DNA from: Candidatus Omnitrophota bacterium
GTDB taxonomy: Bacteria > Omnitrophota > Gorgyraeia > Zapsychrales > Zapsychraceae
DNA length: 64,000 nt
Direction of reading: 5' to 3'
Assembly (NCBI GenBank): GCA_015233115.1
Contig: JADFYJ010000006.1
Location: 65,801-129,800 of the forward strand
The notes under the pieces are model-generated. The model worked only from the letters and a program-made list of their open reading frames with translations, was not told the DNA's origin and searched no databases. Of the stretch, positions 27,048 to 36,299 are shown piece after piece (position 1 is the stretch's first letter; every line of letters begins with the position of its first letter). The position numbers were made by a program, and so were the translations under genes.

Positions 27048-28130
27048 GTGAAAACAATTCAAGTCAAAATAACGTCTAATCCCTACTTTATTATCGTCGG
27101 AAACGGTATATTAAAAGATATTGGCCAGCATATCAAAGCTTTAAAATGCGGTCAGGACGCGGTCATTATCACGAATTCCGCGATTAATAAATTATACGGC
27201 GGAATAGTATCTAAGAGTTTAAAAGCGCAGGGCATATCGTCGCATGTCATTGAAGTGGCGGACGGGGAAAAGAGCAAGCAATTTAAGGTTGCCATTGATG
27301 TCATTCAAAAGATCGCGCAGTTTGATGTGTATAAAAAACCATTTATTATCGCTTTAGGCGGGGGAGTGGTGGGGGATTTGTCCGGTTTTGTCGCGTCGAT
27401 CTATAAGCGCGGCATTCCTTATATTCAAGTGCCAACGACCTTGCTCGCGCAAATTGATTCCGCGATTGGCGGAAAAACGGCGATAGACCTTCCAGTGGGG
27501 AAAAATTTGGTAGGCGCCTTTTATCAGCCGCGGATGGTTTATTCCGATGTGGCCGTTTTAAAATCTTTGGATCAGCGGCAAATTTTAAACGGTTTTAGCG
27601 AAGCTGTAAAATACGGTGTGATTTGTGATGTCAATTTGTTTTCATTTTTGGAAAAGCATTATTCCAAATTGCTTCAAGCTGATCTGAAATTGTTAGAGTT
27701 AGTGGTGGCAGAATGCAGTAAGATCAAAGCCGAGGTTGTTGCTCTAGATGAAAAAGAAACCATAGGCTTACGCACGATTCTTAATTTTGGCCATACAGTG
27801 GGGCATGCGGTCGAGGCCGCCAGTAAGTTTGGCCGTTACCAGCATGGAGAGGCAGTAGCGCTTGGTATGCGCGCGGCAGCCATGATTTCTCTAGAATTAA
27901 AATTAGTTCCTAAAAAAGATGTTGTCCGCTTAAATCAACTCTTAACTGATATGGGCCTTCCGGAAACTATTCAAAATGTCCAATTATCCGATATCATGAG
28001 TCTAATGCGGCGTGATAAAAAATTCATATCCGGCAAGAATCGCCTGGTTCTTATGCGTAAAATTGGTAAAGTAGAAGTGATTGAAGCCATCCCCAGTCAT
28101 ATCATTGAATCCGCTTTGCGACAGATTTAA
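27048..28130 (+). CDS. aroB: 3-dehydroquinate synthase.
   Basis: GGGVVGDLSGFVAS, the LNFGHTVGHAVE metal-binding motif, and QHGEAVALGM. Confidence 0.85.
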   Translation: MKTIQVKITSNPYFIIVGNGILKDIGQHIKALKCGQDAVIITNSAINKLYGGIVSKSLKAQGISSHVIEVADGEKSKQFKVAIDVIQKIAQFDVYKKPFIIALGGGVVGDLSGFVASIYKRGIPYIQVPTTLLAQIDSAIGGKTAIDLPVGKNLVGAFYQPRMVYSDVAVLKSLDQRQILNGFSEAVKYGVICDVNLFSFLEKHYSKLLQADLKLLELVVAECSKIKAEVVALDEKETIGLRTILNFGHTVGHAVEAASKFGRYQHGEAVALGMRAAAMISLELKLVPKKDVVRLNQLLTDMGLPETIQNVQLSDIMSLMRRDKKFISGKNRLVLMRKIGKVEVIEAIPSHIIESALRQI

Positions 28131-28295
28131 TCCTCCTTTTGAGCAGTAAAAATAAATATTTTAAATTTTTTGTGCTCTCATCGTCTAAGAAAACGTTTTC
28201 TTGATATTGGCGTTTAACCATTGTTTGAATGTTTTAATGTGGCTTACTTAGTTCAGGGGTTGAATTTTGGTAGAATGACAACAAGGAGGAATAAA

Positions 28296-28928
28296 ATGAA
28301 GAAGGTATTAAAAATCGTTTTTTTAGTTTTAATTTTGGCAGGAGCGGTGAAATTAGGGTTAGCGGATATGGTGTTTAAATATCAACCGTATGACGCAGTG
28401 ACCAAAGGAGACATTACCACAAATTCAACTTCAATGGCTGGGGAAGTTATCATAACTAATACTTCAGATAAAGATTTTTCCAATAAGATTCATTTATCAA
28501 AATTGGAAATTTATGCTGTAGGGCAAGAAGCTCCTTTGAAGAGTTTTAAAGTGGAAATGTTTCCTCGGGATGATTCGACTTTAACAGATCCCGGCGTTCC
28601 ATCATTTGGATCAAGAGCTTATATTATATATCCTATGTCCATGCGTGTGTTAACAGAAGGAAAGTATTTAGTGCGGTTATATTTTGAGAATTATGATACG
28701 ATCTTAAAGAAGTTTGCAATTGCGCAAATTATGGAAGTTAAGAGCCCGGATACTATTCAAGATGTTGCGAGGGGAATTGTTCAAGTTCAGTCAACAATGA
28801 AGACTGTTAGCACAAAAACAGATATTCAGACAGTTGGTCAGGCTATGGGAAAAGTCAATGACAATGTTAGCCAAATTTTAAGTAAAGTAAATAGTCTCGC
28901 GCCTTCATCGACGCTTGGCGGTAGATAA
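28296..28928 (+). CDS. Secreted or membrane-anchored hypothetical protein.
   Basis: SD AAGGAGG then ATG at 28296 (MKKVLKIVFLVLILAGAV signal/anchor). Start trimmed from 28221. Confidence 0.45.
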   Translation: MKKVLKIVFLVLILAGAVKLGLADMVFKYQPYDAVTKGDITTNSTSMAGEVIITNTSDKDFSNKIHLSKLEIYAVGQEAPLKSFKVEMFPRDDSTLTDPGVPSFGSRAYIIYPMSMRVLTEGKYLVRLYFENYDTILKKFAIAQIMEVKSPDTIQDVARGIVQVQSTMKTVSTKTDIQTVGQAMGKVNDNVSQILSKVNSLAPSSTLGGR

Positions 28929-28946
28929 CCTCAGATTAAAGTATAA

Positions 28947-28980
28947 CAAAAGCGCTGGTCTTAACTGACCAGCGCTTTTT
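28947..28980. terminator. Bidirectional rho-independent terminator AAAAGCGCTGGTC-ttaact-GACCAGCGCTTTTT between convergent genes.
   Basis: Perfect 11-bp stem flanked by an A-run and a T-run. Confidence 0.7.
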
Positions 28981-28988
28981 AAATAGTA

Positions 28989-29240
28989 TTACTCGCCATA
29001 ATGCGTCTTAGCGCGTTCAATGTAAACAATTTTTGCTTTTTCATCTATCGAATAAACCAGACGGTCTTTTATGTTGAGGCGAAATGAATAACTTCCAAAG
29101 AGATCACCGATTAATTTTTTTCCAGAATACGGATCTAGGGCGATCAGATTAATGAGGATTTCTTTGAGTTTTAATTTAAGCTTCGGAGTGAGTTTTTCAA
29201 TGTCTTTTTTTGCTTGGTGAGTGATTTGGATACTGTACAT
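28989..29240 (-). CDS. RelE/ParE-family type II toxin.
   Basis: 83 aa; RelE/ParE-like YSFRLNIKDRLVYSIDEKAKIVYIERAKTH; translationally coupled to the upstream Phd/YefM gene. Confidence 0.7.
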   Translation of the reverse strand: MYSIQITHQAKKDIEKLTPKLKLKLKEILINLIALDPYSGKKLIGDLFGSYSFRLNIKDRLVYSIDEKAKIVYIERAKTHYGE

Positions 29241-29245
29241 GATAG

Positions 29246-29500
29246 CTAGTCTTTAAAAACATCATCCATTGAATAAACTTTGCCTTGTTTGATTTCTTTT
29301 TTCGCTTGCTGGACGCTTTTAAGAAGTCCCGGCTCTGATAACAATTCCAGGGTTTCCATTAAATCTTCATAATCATTTTCTGACAACAAAACCGCATTCC
29401 CGTCTTTAGATGTAATATGCACAGGATTATGCCCGTTTATGGATTTTTTTATCAATTCAAACCAATTATTTCGCGCGTAGGTCGCTGTAATTAAATTCAT
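29246..29500 (-). CDS. Phd/YefM-family antitoxin.
   Basis: 84 aa; N-terminal ITATYARNNWFELIKK...VHIT and C-terminal DYEDLMETLELL Phd/YefM pattern. Confidence 0.7.
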   Translation of the reverse strand: MNLITATYARNNWFELIKKSINGHNPVHITSKDGNAVLLSENDYEDLMETLELLSEPGLLKSVQQAKKEIKQGKVYSMDDVFKD

Positions 29501-29512
29501 AATTATAACCTC

Positions 29513-29538
29513 CTTATGTACATAATATAGTACATAAG
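29513..29538. promoter_or_regulatory. Inverted repeat CTTATGTACATAATATAGTACATAAG immediately upstream of the - strand phd/relE operon, a candidate operator.
   Basis: Near-perfect palindrome adjacent to the antitoxin start. Confidence 0.4.
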
Positions 29539-29608
29539 AGCTTTATTGTCAATGTGGGTCAGTATTTTTTAGTTTTTGGCTATATGCTACATGCCATATG
29601 CTATTTAA

Positions 29609-30145
29609 TTATTTCGCCACTTTTAGCGTAAGCTCCACGCCGTCTTTCACTAATTTTACGGATTGCAGGTCTATGGATTGGATTGTGTAACCATCTATCT
29701 CTGCGCCGGTCTCGTACACTTCACCATTAATGAGCGCGACTTTTTTAGTGCCGGTTGACATGATGCCGCTAATCACAAAAGTCGGCGCTTGTGTCGGCGG
29801 AGCAGTATGCACGATAGGAGGCACCGAAGCTGTGGGTAATGCTGTGATTGCTTGAGTTGACACTTTTGATGCCGTAACCGGTGAAGGCGATTTTTGTGTT
29901 AAATTTTTTGATTTGTGATTGATCGCGACAGTGTTGTAGACCGTGATGCATAAAAGGACAAGACAGACACCCACCAAGATCTTGATCATGATTCCATGAT
30001 TTTCATTGTTGGGCTCTATTGGCAACGGCGAAATAAATGATTGGTCATTTCCAACCGGATTCGGTTGTTCAGTTGGTTGGTTGGTTTGCGTGTTCTTTTG
30101 CATAACATTTTGGGTTTTTTTAAGCGCGTCATTAATGATGCTCAT
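29609..30145 (-). CDS. GspB/ExeB-like general secretion pathway accessory protein.
   Basis: MSIINDALKK N-terminus typical of GspB, one TM helix, and partnered with gspA upstream with 4-bp overlap. Confidence 0.5.
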   Translation of the reverse strand: MSIINDALKKTQNVMQKNTQTNQPTEQPNPVGNDQSFISPLPIEPNNENHGIMIKILVGVCLVLLCITVYNTVAINHKSKNLTQKSPSPVTASKVSTQAITALPTASVPPIVHTAPPTQAPTFVISGIMSTGTKKVALINGEVYETGAEIDGYTIQSIDLQSVKLVKDGVELTLKVAK

Positions 30146-30954
30146 TTGATAAATACCTCCTCGGCACTGTTCTGTACCATATTTTCATCGATGACGGTTG
30201 ATTCCGCGATAAAACCCGCCAATAAAGCCCGGTCGCACAAAATGTTGACCAGCCGTGGTGTGCCGTTGGATAACTGGTAAATTTGTTCAAGCGCTTTAGA
30301 TGAAAAGGTAATTTTACAAGGGAGAGAGTGGGAGGCGATTTTTATGCGGTGATGAATATAGTCCGACATGTCAGCTTTTTCTAAAGGCGCTAAGTGATAC
30401 CGTACAAAAATACGTTGATTGAGTTGGGTCAATTCCGGAAGATTTAGCATGTAATTGAGTTCCGGCTGTCCGACGAGAATTATTTGCAATAATTTTTCTT
30501 TTTCTGTTTCCAGATTGGAAAGCATGCGGATTTGTTCCAGCTGTCGCGGCTTTAAGTTTTGCGCTTCGTCAATGATTAGGACGACATTATGATTTTTATT
30601 CGTCTCTTCAATGAGAAAATCATTTAAGGCGTTCATCAGATCAAATTTATTTTTAAATTTACCGGTAATACCGAGATCTTTGAGGATTAGGTTTAAAAGC
30701 TGAAGGTCTGTGAAGCTGGGATTTAAAATCAGCGCGGTCTTGACGGTTTTATCTAGTTTATTGAGGAGTATCCGGCAAAGCGTAGTTTTTCCGGTTCCAA
30801 TCTCACCAGAAATAACAATAATCCCTTTCCGGTTCATGATCCCGTACTTGAGGTGACTGAACGCTTCCTCATGTTTAGGACTGGAAAAATAAAATCCCGG
30901 ATCAGCTGTGATACTGAAAGGATTTTCCTTAAGATGGTAAAAGGCTTTATACAT
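30142..30954 (-). CDS. gspA: GspA/ExeA-family AAA ATPase.
   Basis: FYHLKENPFSITADP...GIIVISGEIGTGKTTLCR (ExeA N-terminal motif and Walker A), Walker B VVLIIDEAQ. Confidence 0.8.
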   Translation of the reverse strand: MYKAFYHLKENPFSITADPGFYFSSPKHEEAFSHLKYGIMNRKGIIVISGEIGTGKTTLCRILLNKLDKTVKTALILNPSFTDLQLLNLILKDLGITGKFKNKFDLMNALNDFLIEETNKNHNVVLIIDEAQNLKPRQLEQIRMLSNLETEKEKLLQIILVGQPELNYMLNLPELTQLNQRIFVRYHLAPLEKADMSDYIHHRIKIASHSLPCKITFSSKALEQIYQLSNGTPRLVNILCDRALLAGFIAESTVIDENMVQNSAEEVFIK

Positions 30955-31093
30955 TAAGTGAATTATAGCACAGATTAAAAATAAAGATTAAGCAAAAAAA
31001 GCAAAATTTTATTTTTGCTTTTTTCGGTGAATTTTACTAGGCAAAACCCGGGTTTATGTTATAATTCACACGAAAATCGGGAAGAGGTGAAAA

Positions 31094-31414
31094 GTGTTTG
31101 CACAGTATGAGAAACGACAAAGTAACCGTATTCGGTTTCATGAGCCAGTGCAATATCAACTGAAAAAGCCCGGGCATTTTGGCGGGTGTTTATCATGCGA
31201 TTTAAGCGTGGGCGGATTGCAGATCAATTTTTCTCAATTTGTGCCGGTGGGGACTGAAATGTTGCTGACTGTTCCGCTGGGTCGGGAACAGATCGTGGAA
31301 TGTGAAGGAAAAGTGGCGTGGGTGGAACAGCTCGCGGATGACCGTTTTCATGTGGGCGTCAAGTTTGTGCAGGATACATTTTCCTCGAAAGTATTAAAAA
31401 AATTTTTAGAATAA
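31094..31414 (+). CDS. PilZ-domain protein.
   Basis: RQSNRIRF (RxxxR) and DLSVGGLQI (DxSxxG) c-di-GMP-binding motifs. Confidence 0.65.
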   Translation: MFAQYEKRQSNRIRFHEPVQYQLKKPGHFGGCLSCDLSVGGLQINFSQFVPVGTEMLLTVPLGREQIVECEGKVAWVEQLADDRFHVGVKFVQDTFSSKVLKKFLE

Positions 31415-31440
31415 CATAATTAGCAAGGAGTAGAATCAAA

Positions 31441-31593
31441 ATGGCAGATGAAGTTGCAGTCGTTAAAAATTGTGCTGGTTGTAAAAAAATTATGAAAAAG
31501 CAGAAACGTTATTATCGTAACGGCAATTATTATTGCAACAAGAATTGTTTCAATAATAAACAAGCTGAAGAGTCAAAACCCTCAGCCGCGTAA
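31441..31593 (+). CDS. Small C4 zinc-ribbon protein (50 aa).
   Basis: SD AGGAG 9 nt upstream; CxxC-N16-CxxxC. Not in the ORF track because it is under 60 aa. Confidence 0.35.
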   Translation: MADEVAVVKNCAGCKKIMKKQKRYYRNGNYYCNKNCFNNKQAEESKPSAA

Positions 31594-31604
31594 GGAGCAG
31601 TCTT

Positions 31605-31976
31605 GTGAATGTTAATAAACCAAATACAGAACGTCGTCAGCATCAACGGATCAAGAATAATGTTCCTTTAAAGCTTTCGCATGATTTGGGGGATTCAGTC
31701 ACTGAGACTTTCAATTTAAGCCGTTCCGGCGCTTATTGCCAGGTTCAAGGTTATATCGAGCCTATGACTAAGATGAAGATCCAATTATTATTGCCTCTTC
31801 AGAAAAATGGTAAAACCGTGAGTAAAAAAATGATTTGTCAGGGCGTGGTCGTGCGGGTGGAACCGTCAGACAAAAAAGATCATTTTAACGTGGCGGTCTT
31901 TTTTAATGAGATGTCGGATAAAAATTCCGAAGCCTTGGCTGATTATGTTAATCATGTTTTGAAAAAGAATGTCTGA
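31605..31976 (+). CDS. PilZ-domain protein.
   Basis: RRQHQRIKNNV and NLSRSGAYCQV motifs. Confidence 0.6.
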   Translation: MNVNKPNTERRQHQRIKNNVPLKLSHDLGDSVTETFNLSRSGAYCQVQGYIEPMTKMKIQLLLPLQKNGKTVSKKMICQGVVVRVEPSDKKDHFNVAVFFNEMSDKNSEALADYVNHVLKKNV

Positions 31977-31983
31977 TCATTGA

Positions 31984-32679
31984 ATGGCTCAATCTATTAA
32001 ACTCATTCCGGTAGTCTATTCTGATGATGAGCTGATGATTTTTAATAAGCCTGCCCGTCTTTTGGTGATCGCCACTCCCAAGGGGGAAGATCATACTTTA
32101 ACGAATATTGTGAATGAACAGTATTCAAAAGATCAGAGTAAACTGCATCCCTGCCATAGGCTGGACCGGGATACTTCCGGTCTGATTATTTATGCCAAGG
32201 GTAAAAAAAATCAGCAGAAGATGATGGATTTGTTTCATCAGCATAAAGTGAATAAAAAATATCTTGCGTTCGTTCAGGGATTGCTGAAAAATAAAACCGG
32301 GGAATTCAAAAGTAAAGTTGTGAATTTGGAGCAGCAGCATTTTGGTATTAACGACGGAAAAATGGCAGTCACGCAATATCAGGTTATTGCTCAGGAAAAA
32401 ACTTTTGCCATTGTTTTAGTCAATATATTGACTGGACGGACAAATCAGATTAGAATTCATTTTAGCGATAAAGGGTATCCATTGCTTGGAGACCGTAAAT
32501 ATGGACGCGGCCGTGATTTTCAGTTGAGCTTTCGCAGAACCGCGCTGCACGCAATGTTTTTAGATTTCCCGCATCCGGTGACGGGTCAAGTTGTTTCCGT
32601 GAAAGCTGAGCTGCCCGAAGATATGAAAAGTTTCTTGCAAAAGCAGGGTGTGATCTTAGATAATATTTTGTTAAGTTAA
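31984..32679 (+). CDS. RluA-family pseudouridine synthase.
   Basis: HRLDRDTSGLIIYAK catalytic-Asp motif. Confidence 0.8.
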   Translation: MAQSIKLIPVVYSDDELMIFNKPARLLVIATPKGEDHTLTNIVNEQYSKDQSKLHPCHRLDRDTSGLIIYAKGKKNQQKMMDLFHQHKVNKKYLAFVQGLLKNKTGEFKSKVVNLEQQHFGINDGKMAVTQYQVIAQEKTFAIVLVNILTGRTNQIRIHFSDKGYPLLGDRKYGRGRDFQLSFRRTALHAMFLDFPHPVTGQVVSVKAELPEDMKSFLQKQGVILDNILLS

Positions 32680-32710
32680 GTTTTTTGTGACTTTATTGTT
32701 TTTATGCGTT

Positions 32711-32755
32711 TTGACTTTGTTACTCTGTTGCAGGGTTACTTTGTTACTCTGTCAT
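32711..32755. repeat. Solo reverse-type GTAACNGA arm (TTGTTACTCTGTT...GGTTACTTTGTTACTCTGTCA) with no forward partner.
   Basis: Same 8-mer units as the arms at 1936-1970, 14621-14663, 35355-35394 and 43428-43467. Confidence 0.6.
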
Positions 32756-32778
32756 TTTTTAATTCAGGAGGTTTCTGC

Positions 32779-33276
32779 ATGTTGAAGAAGCTTTTAACCA
32801 TAGGATGCGCAATATTATTGACGGGATGTTCAACGGCTTCAGTTCCGAAATATCTTCAGTCTAAAAATCCTTATGTTAAAAGATTCTACGGAAATTATGA
32901 TCAGACTCTCGATGCTGTCCGTTCCGCGATGAAAGAAACTGGCTGGGCCATTGAAAAAGAAGTGCCGCCTACGATTTATGAATATAGTACCTCATCGGAA
33001 TTTGGCGATAAACGTCAGCTTTTGATATTGAGCAATGTGAGAGCGACTCCATATTTTGTCGGCACCCGTTACAGCCGGATCAATGTGTATATCCGCGAAG
33101 GATCGGCTGATCAAACCGAGGTTGAACTGCGTTATCTGAAAGTCAATTCTTTCCCTTTCAAAGGTTTTTATCGCTACGGCCGTAAAGAATTTTCTCAGAC
33201 GTTTTTTGATTCCATCGAGAAAACACTGGCCGGACGAAGGATCAATAACCTAGACATTAATCAAACTCTAAAGTAA
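32779..33276 (+). CDS. Lipoprotein of unknown function.
   Basis: SD AGGAGG then MLKKLLTIGCAILLTGCS lipobox. Start trimmed from 32704. Confidence 0.5.
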   Translation: MLKKLLTIGCAILLTGCSTASVPKYLQSKNPYVKRFYGNYDQTLDAVRSAMKETGWAIEKEVPPTIYEYSTSSEFGDKRQLLILSNVRATPYFVGTRYSRINVYIREGSADQTEVELRYLKVNSFPFKGFYRYGRKEFSQTFFDSIEKTLAGRRINNLDINQTLK

Positions 33277-33278
33277 AA

Positions 33279-35264
33279 TTGAACGCTTTTAAATTAAAAA
33301 GTCCATTTAAACCAGTGACTGAACAATTGGATGCGGTTGAGCGATTGTATCAGGGCATGAAAAATGGTTCCAAAGCGCAAGTGCTTTTAGGTGTCACTGG
33401 TTCCGGGAAAACTTTTACTCTGGCGAATGTCATTGAACGCTTAAACCGTCCGACCTTAGTAATTTCCCACAATAAAACTTTAGCAGCCCAACTGTATTCT
33501 GAGTTTAAAGAATTTTTTCCTGAAAACGCGGTGGAATATTTCGTAAGCTATTACGATTATTATCAGCCTGAAGCGTATGTTCCCCAAACTGATTTGTATA
33601 TTGAAAAAGACGCGGCTATTAATGACCGGCTCGACCGTCTGCGTTTATCATCAACCACCAGTCTCATGACCCGCCGGGATGTGATCGTGGTGGCCAGCGT
33701 TTCATGCATTTATAATTTAGGTTCACCGGAAGATTACACTCAATATCTGCTGCAGATGAAGGTGGGTCAGGAAATTGATCGGGATGAAATGGTTCGTCAA
33801 TTAGTGGATATCCAATATGAACGTAATGACGTGGATTTTAGCCGCGGAAAAATCCGGGTGAGAGGGGACACTGTGGAAGTGTTTCCGGCTTATCGTCAGG
33901 ATGCGTTACGGATCAGGTTTTTCGGCGATGAAATAGAACGGATTAGCCAAATCGACCCTTTAACCGGCGACGAACAAGTCCGCTTAGACCAAGCCGCGGT
34001 TTATCCGGCCAAACATTTTATTATTTCTCATCCCCGTCTGGAAATAGCTTGTCTGCAGATTGAGAATGAAATGAAAGAACAAGTTGCCTTGCTGCAGAAA
34101 GACGGAAAATTGGTGGAAGCTCAGCGATTAGAGTCCCGGACCAGATATGATTTAGAAATGATGAGGAGTATTGGGTATTGTAATGGCATTGAAAATTACT
34201 CACGGGTTTTGTCTGAGCGGCCCCCAGGCAGTCGTCCGTCTTGTTTGATTGATTATTTTCCTAAGGATTTTATTACCTTGATTGATGAATCTCATGTGAC
34301 GGTCCCGCAATTAAATGGAATGTACGCGGGCGACAGGGCAAGGAAAGAAACTCTGGTTAGATACGGCTTTCGTTTACCGTCGTGTTTGGACAACCGGCCG
34401 CTTAAATTTACGGAATTTGAAAAAGTGGTGGATCAACGCATTTATGTGTCTGCCACGCCTAGCCCGTATGAGATTAAAGATGCCCAGGGCCAAGTCGTGG
34501 AACAGATTATCCGTCCGACCGGGATCGTTGACCCCATGATTGAAGTCCGCCCGACCACTGGCCAGATTGAGGATTTGTTAAAAGAAATTAACAGCCGCGC
34601 AGAGCGTAATGAACGCGTTTTAGTGACGACCTTAACCAAACGAATGTCTGAGGACTTAAGTGAATTTTTAGCGGATCGCGGCGTTAAAGTGAAATATCTG
34701 CATTCGGATATTCAAACCATAGACCGGACTAAAATTTTAAAAGATCTACGGTTGAAGAAATACGATTGTCTGGTGGGAGTGAATTTGTTAAGGGAAGGGC
34801 TTGATTTACCTGAGGTGTCTCTCGTCGCGATTTTGGATGCGGATAAGCAAGGTTTTTTACGTTCTGAAACCTCTTTGATTCAGACTTCAGGCCGCGCCGC
34901 GCGTAATGTGAACGGCATTGTCATCATGTACGCGGATACAGTCAGCCAGGCTATGGCCAAGACTATTTTTGAATGCCAGCGTCGAAGAAAAATTCAGCTG
35001 GCGTTTAACATGGAGCATCATATTACACCAACCACCATTATTAGAGCTTTGAGTGAAGGGATTGAAAGTTTGGCCGTTGAAGAGGGTGACGAAGTGCTAC
35101 TTGACGCAGTAGGCCAAAGTGAGGCAGAATATAACCTTAGTTCTTATATCAGTGAACTTGAAGCAGACATGGAACAGGCCGCGCGAAATTTACATTTCGA
35201 AAAAGCCGCGCAAATAAGGGATAAGATTGAAGAAGTAAAAAAAAGTAACCGAGTAACAGAGTAA
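33279..35264 (+). CDS. uvrB: Excinuclease ABC subunit B.
   Basis: GVTGSGKTF Walker A, helicase motifs, beta-hairpin region, C-terminal UVR domain (LHFEKAAQIRDKIEE). The last 6 codons (SNRVTE) lie inside the repeat arm. Confidence 0.95.
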   Translation: MNAFKLKSPFKPVTEQLDAVERLYQGMKNGSKAQVLLGVTGSGKTFTLANVIERLNRPTLVISHNKTLAAQLYSEFKEFFPENAVEYFVSYYDYYQPEAYVPQTDLYIEKDAAINDRLDRLRLSSTTSLMTRRDVIVVASVSCIYNLGSPEDYTQYLLQMKVGQEIDRDEMVRQLVDIQYERNDVDFSRGKIRVRGDTVEVFPAYRQDALRIRFFGDEIERISQIDPLTGDEQVRLDQAAVYPAKHFIISHPRLEIACLQIENEMKEQVALLQKDGKLVEAQRLESRTRYDLEMMRSIGYCNGIENYSRVLSERPPGSRPSCLIDYFPKDFITLIDESHVTVPQLNGMYAGDRARKETLVRYGFRLPSCLDNRPLKFTEFEKVVDQRIYVSATPSPYEIKDAQGQVVEQIIRPTGIVDPMIEVRPTTGQIEDLLKEINSRAERNERVLVTTLTKRMSEDLSEFLADRGVKVKYLHSDIQTIDRTKILKDLRLKKYDCLVGVNLLREGLDLPEVSLVAILDADKQGFLRSETSLIQTSGRAARNVNGIVIMYADTVSQAMAKTIFECQRRRKIQLAFNMEHHITPTTIIRALSEGIESLAVEEGDEVLLDAVGQSEAEYNLSSYISELEADMEQAARNLHFEKAAQIRDKIEEVKKSNRVTE

Positions 35265-35394
35265 CAGAGCAAAAGCGATTGCTGGAAAAAACGATAGGCG
35301 ATATAAAATAATTTTTTTGAGGTTTTGTTTAGAGATTTTATATAATTTTTTTGTTTTTACTTTGTTACTCTGTCACTTGGTTACTTTGTTACTA
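35244..35394. repeat. Intergenic palindromic element, GTAACNGA subfamily. Forward arm 35244-35269 overlaps the uvrB 3' end; core CAAAAGCGATTGCTGG; reverse arm 35355-35394.
   Basis: AGTAACCGAGTAACAGAGTAACAGAG versus AGTAACAAAGTAACCAAGTGACAGAGTAACAAAG (reverse complement). Confidence 0.8.
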
Positions 35395-35426
35395 TTTAAA
35401 CCTTTCAGGCAAGATCGGATAATAAT

Positions 35427-36197
35427 ATGTTACTAGGGATTGATATTGGAAATACCTCGATTTCATTCGGGGTAATGAGAAAAGGAAAGGTGGTTGACAA
35501 TTTCTCCATCCTTTCCAAACAAACCAAAACTGCTTTGGCTTCATCATTGGACAAGGTTTTATCCCGGATCCATAAACAATATCCCTTGATTACCCAATGT
35601 TTGATGTGCAGTGTTGTGCCCAAAATTAATTCCATTGTTATCCGCTATGTTCAAGGAATTGTGGATATTAATGTGGAACGAATTGGGAAAGATATTATCG
35701 TGCCTATTGCCAATCATTATCATGAGCCTTCACAAGTTGGGCAAGACCGTTTGCTGGTAGCTTATGCCGCGAAATGTTTATATGGGACCCCTACTGTGGT
35801 CATTGATTTAGGTACAGCCATAACTTTTGATGTGGTTTCGAAAAAAGGAACTTACGAGGGAGGAATGATTGTGCCCGGTATCCGCTTGTCAGCCGAATCG
35901 CTTTTTAAAGGAACAGCTTTACTTCCGCAATTAAAAGAATTTACCAAGCCTAAACATTTGATTGGCAAAAACACTAAAGACAGTATTTTGAGTGGTTTGT
36001 TCAACGGTTATTCCGCCATGTGCGACGGGTTAATAAAACAATTTCAGGAAATATTGGGACCCAAAACCAAGGTTATCCTTACCGGCGGTTACGCGCCATT
36101 AATCCGCAAAGGTTTGCCTCCGTATTGTGTGTATGATCAGGATTTGGTGTTTAGGGGCATGAGTATGCTAGTCTTCGGTATGAAATGTTTTAGTTGA
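35427..36197 (+). CDS. coaX: Type III pantothenate kinase.
   Basis: MLLGIDIGNTSISFGV N-terminal ASKHA motif; 256 aa. Confidence 0.8.
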   Translation: MLLGIDIGNTSISFGVMRKGKVVDNFSILSKQTKTALASSLDKVLSRIHKQYPLITQCLMCSVVPKINSIVIRYVQGIVDINVERIGKDIIVPIANHYHEPSQVGQDRLLVAYAAKCLYGTPTVVIDLGTAITFDVVSKKGTYEGGMIVPGIRLSAESLFKGTALLPQLKEFTKPKHLIGKNTKDSILSGLFNGYSAMCDGLIKQFQEILGPKTKVILTGGYAPLIRKGLPPYCVYDQDLVFRGMSMLVFGMKCFS

Positions 36198-36246
36198 CAA
36201 ATTCATTTTTTTTGGTAAATTAGCACTCTGGCGAAAGTAGTGCTAA
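36194..36246 (+). promoter_or_regulatory. groESL promoter region with a CIRCE operator TTAGCACTC-N9-TAGTGCTAA (36220-36246) downstream of a TTGACA -35 box (36194-36199).
   Basis: CIRCE consensus TTAGCACTC-N9-GAGTGCTAA matched with one mismatch; 54 bp upstream of groES. Confidence 0.7.
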
Positions 36247-36299
36247 TAACGTATTTTTATACATTTTTCGTTTAATTCCATAAATCAAGGAGGAGGAGC

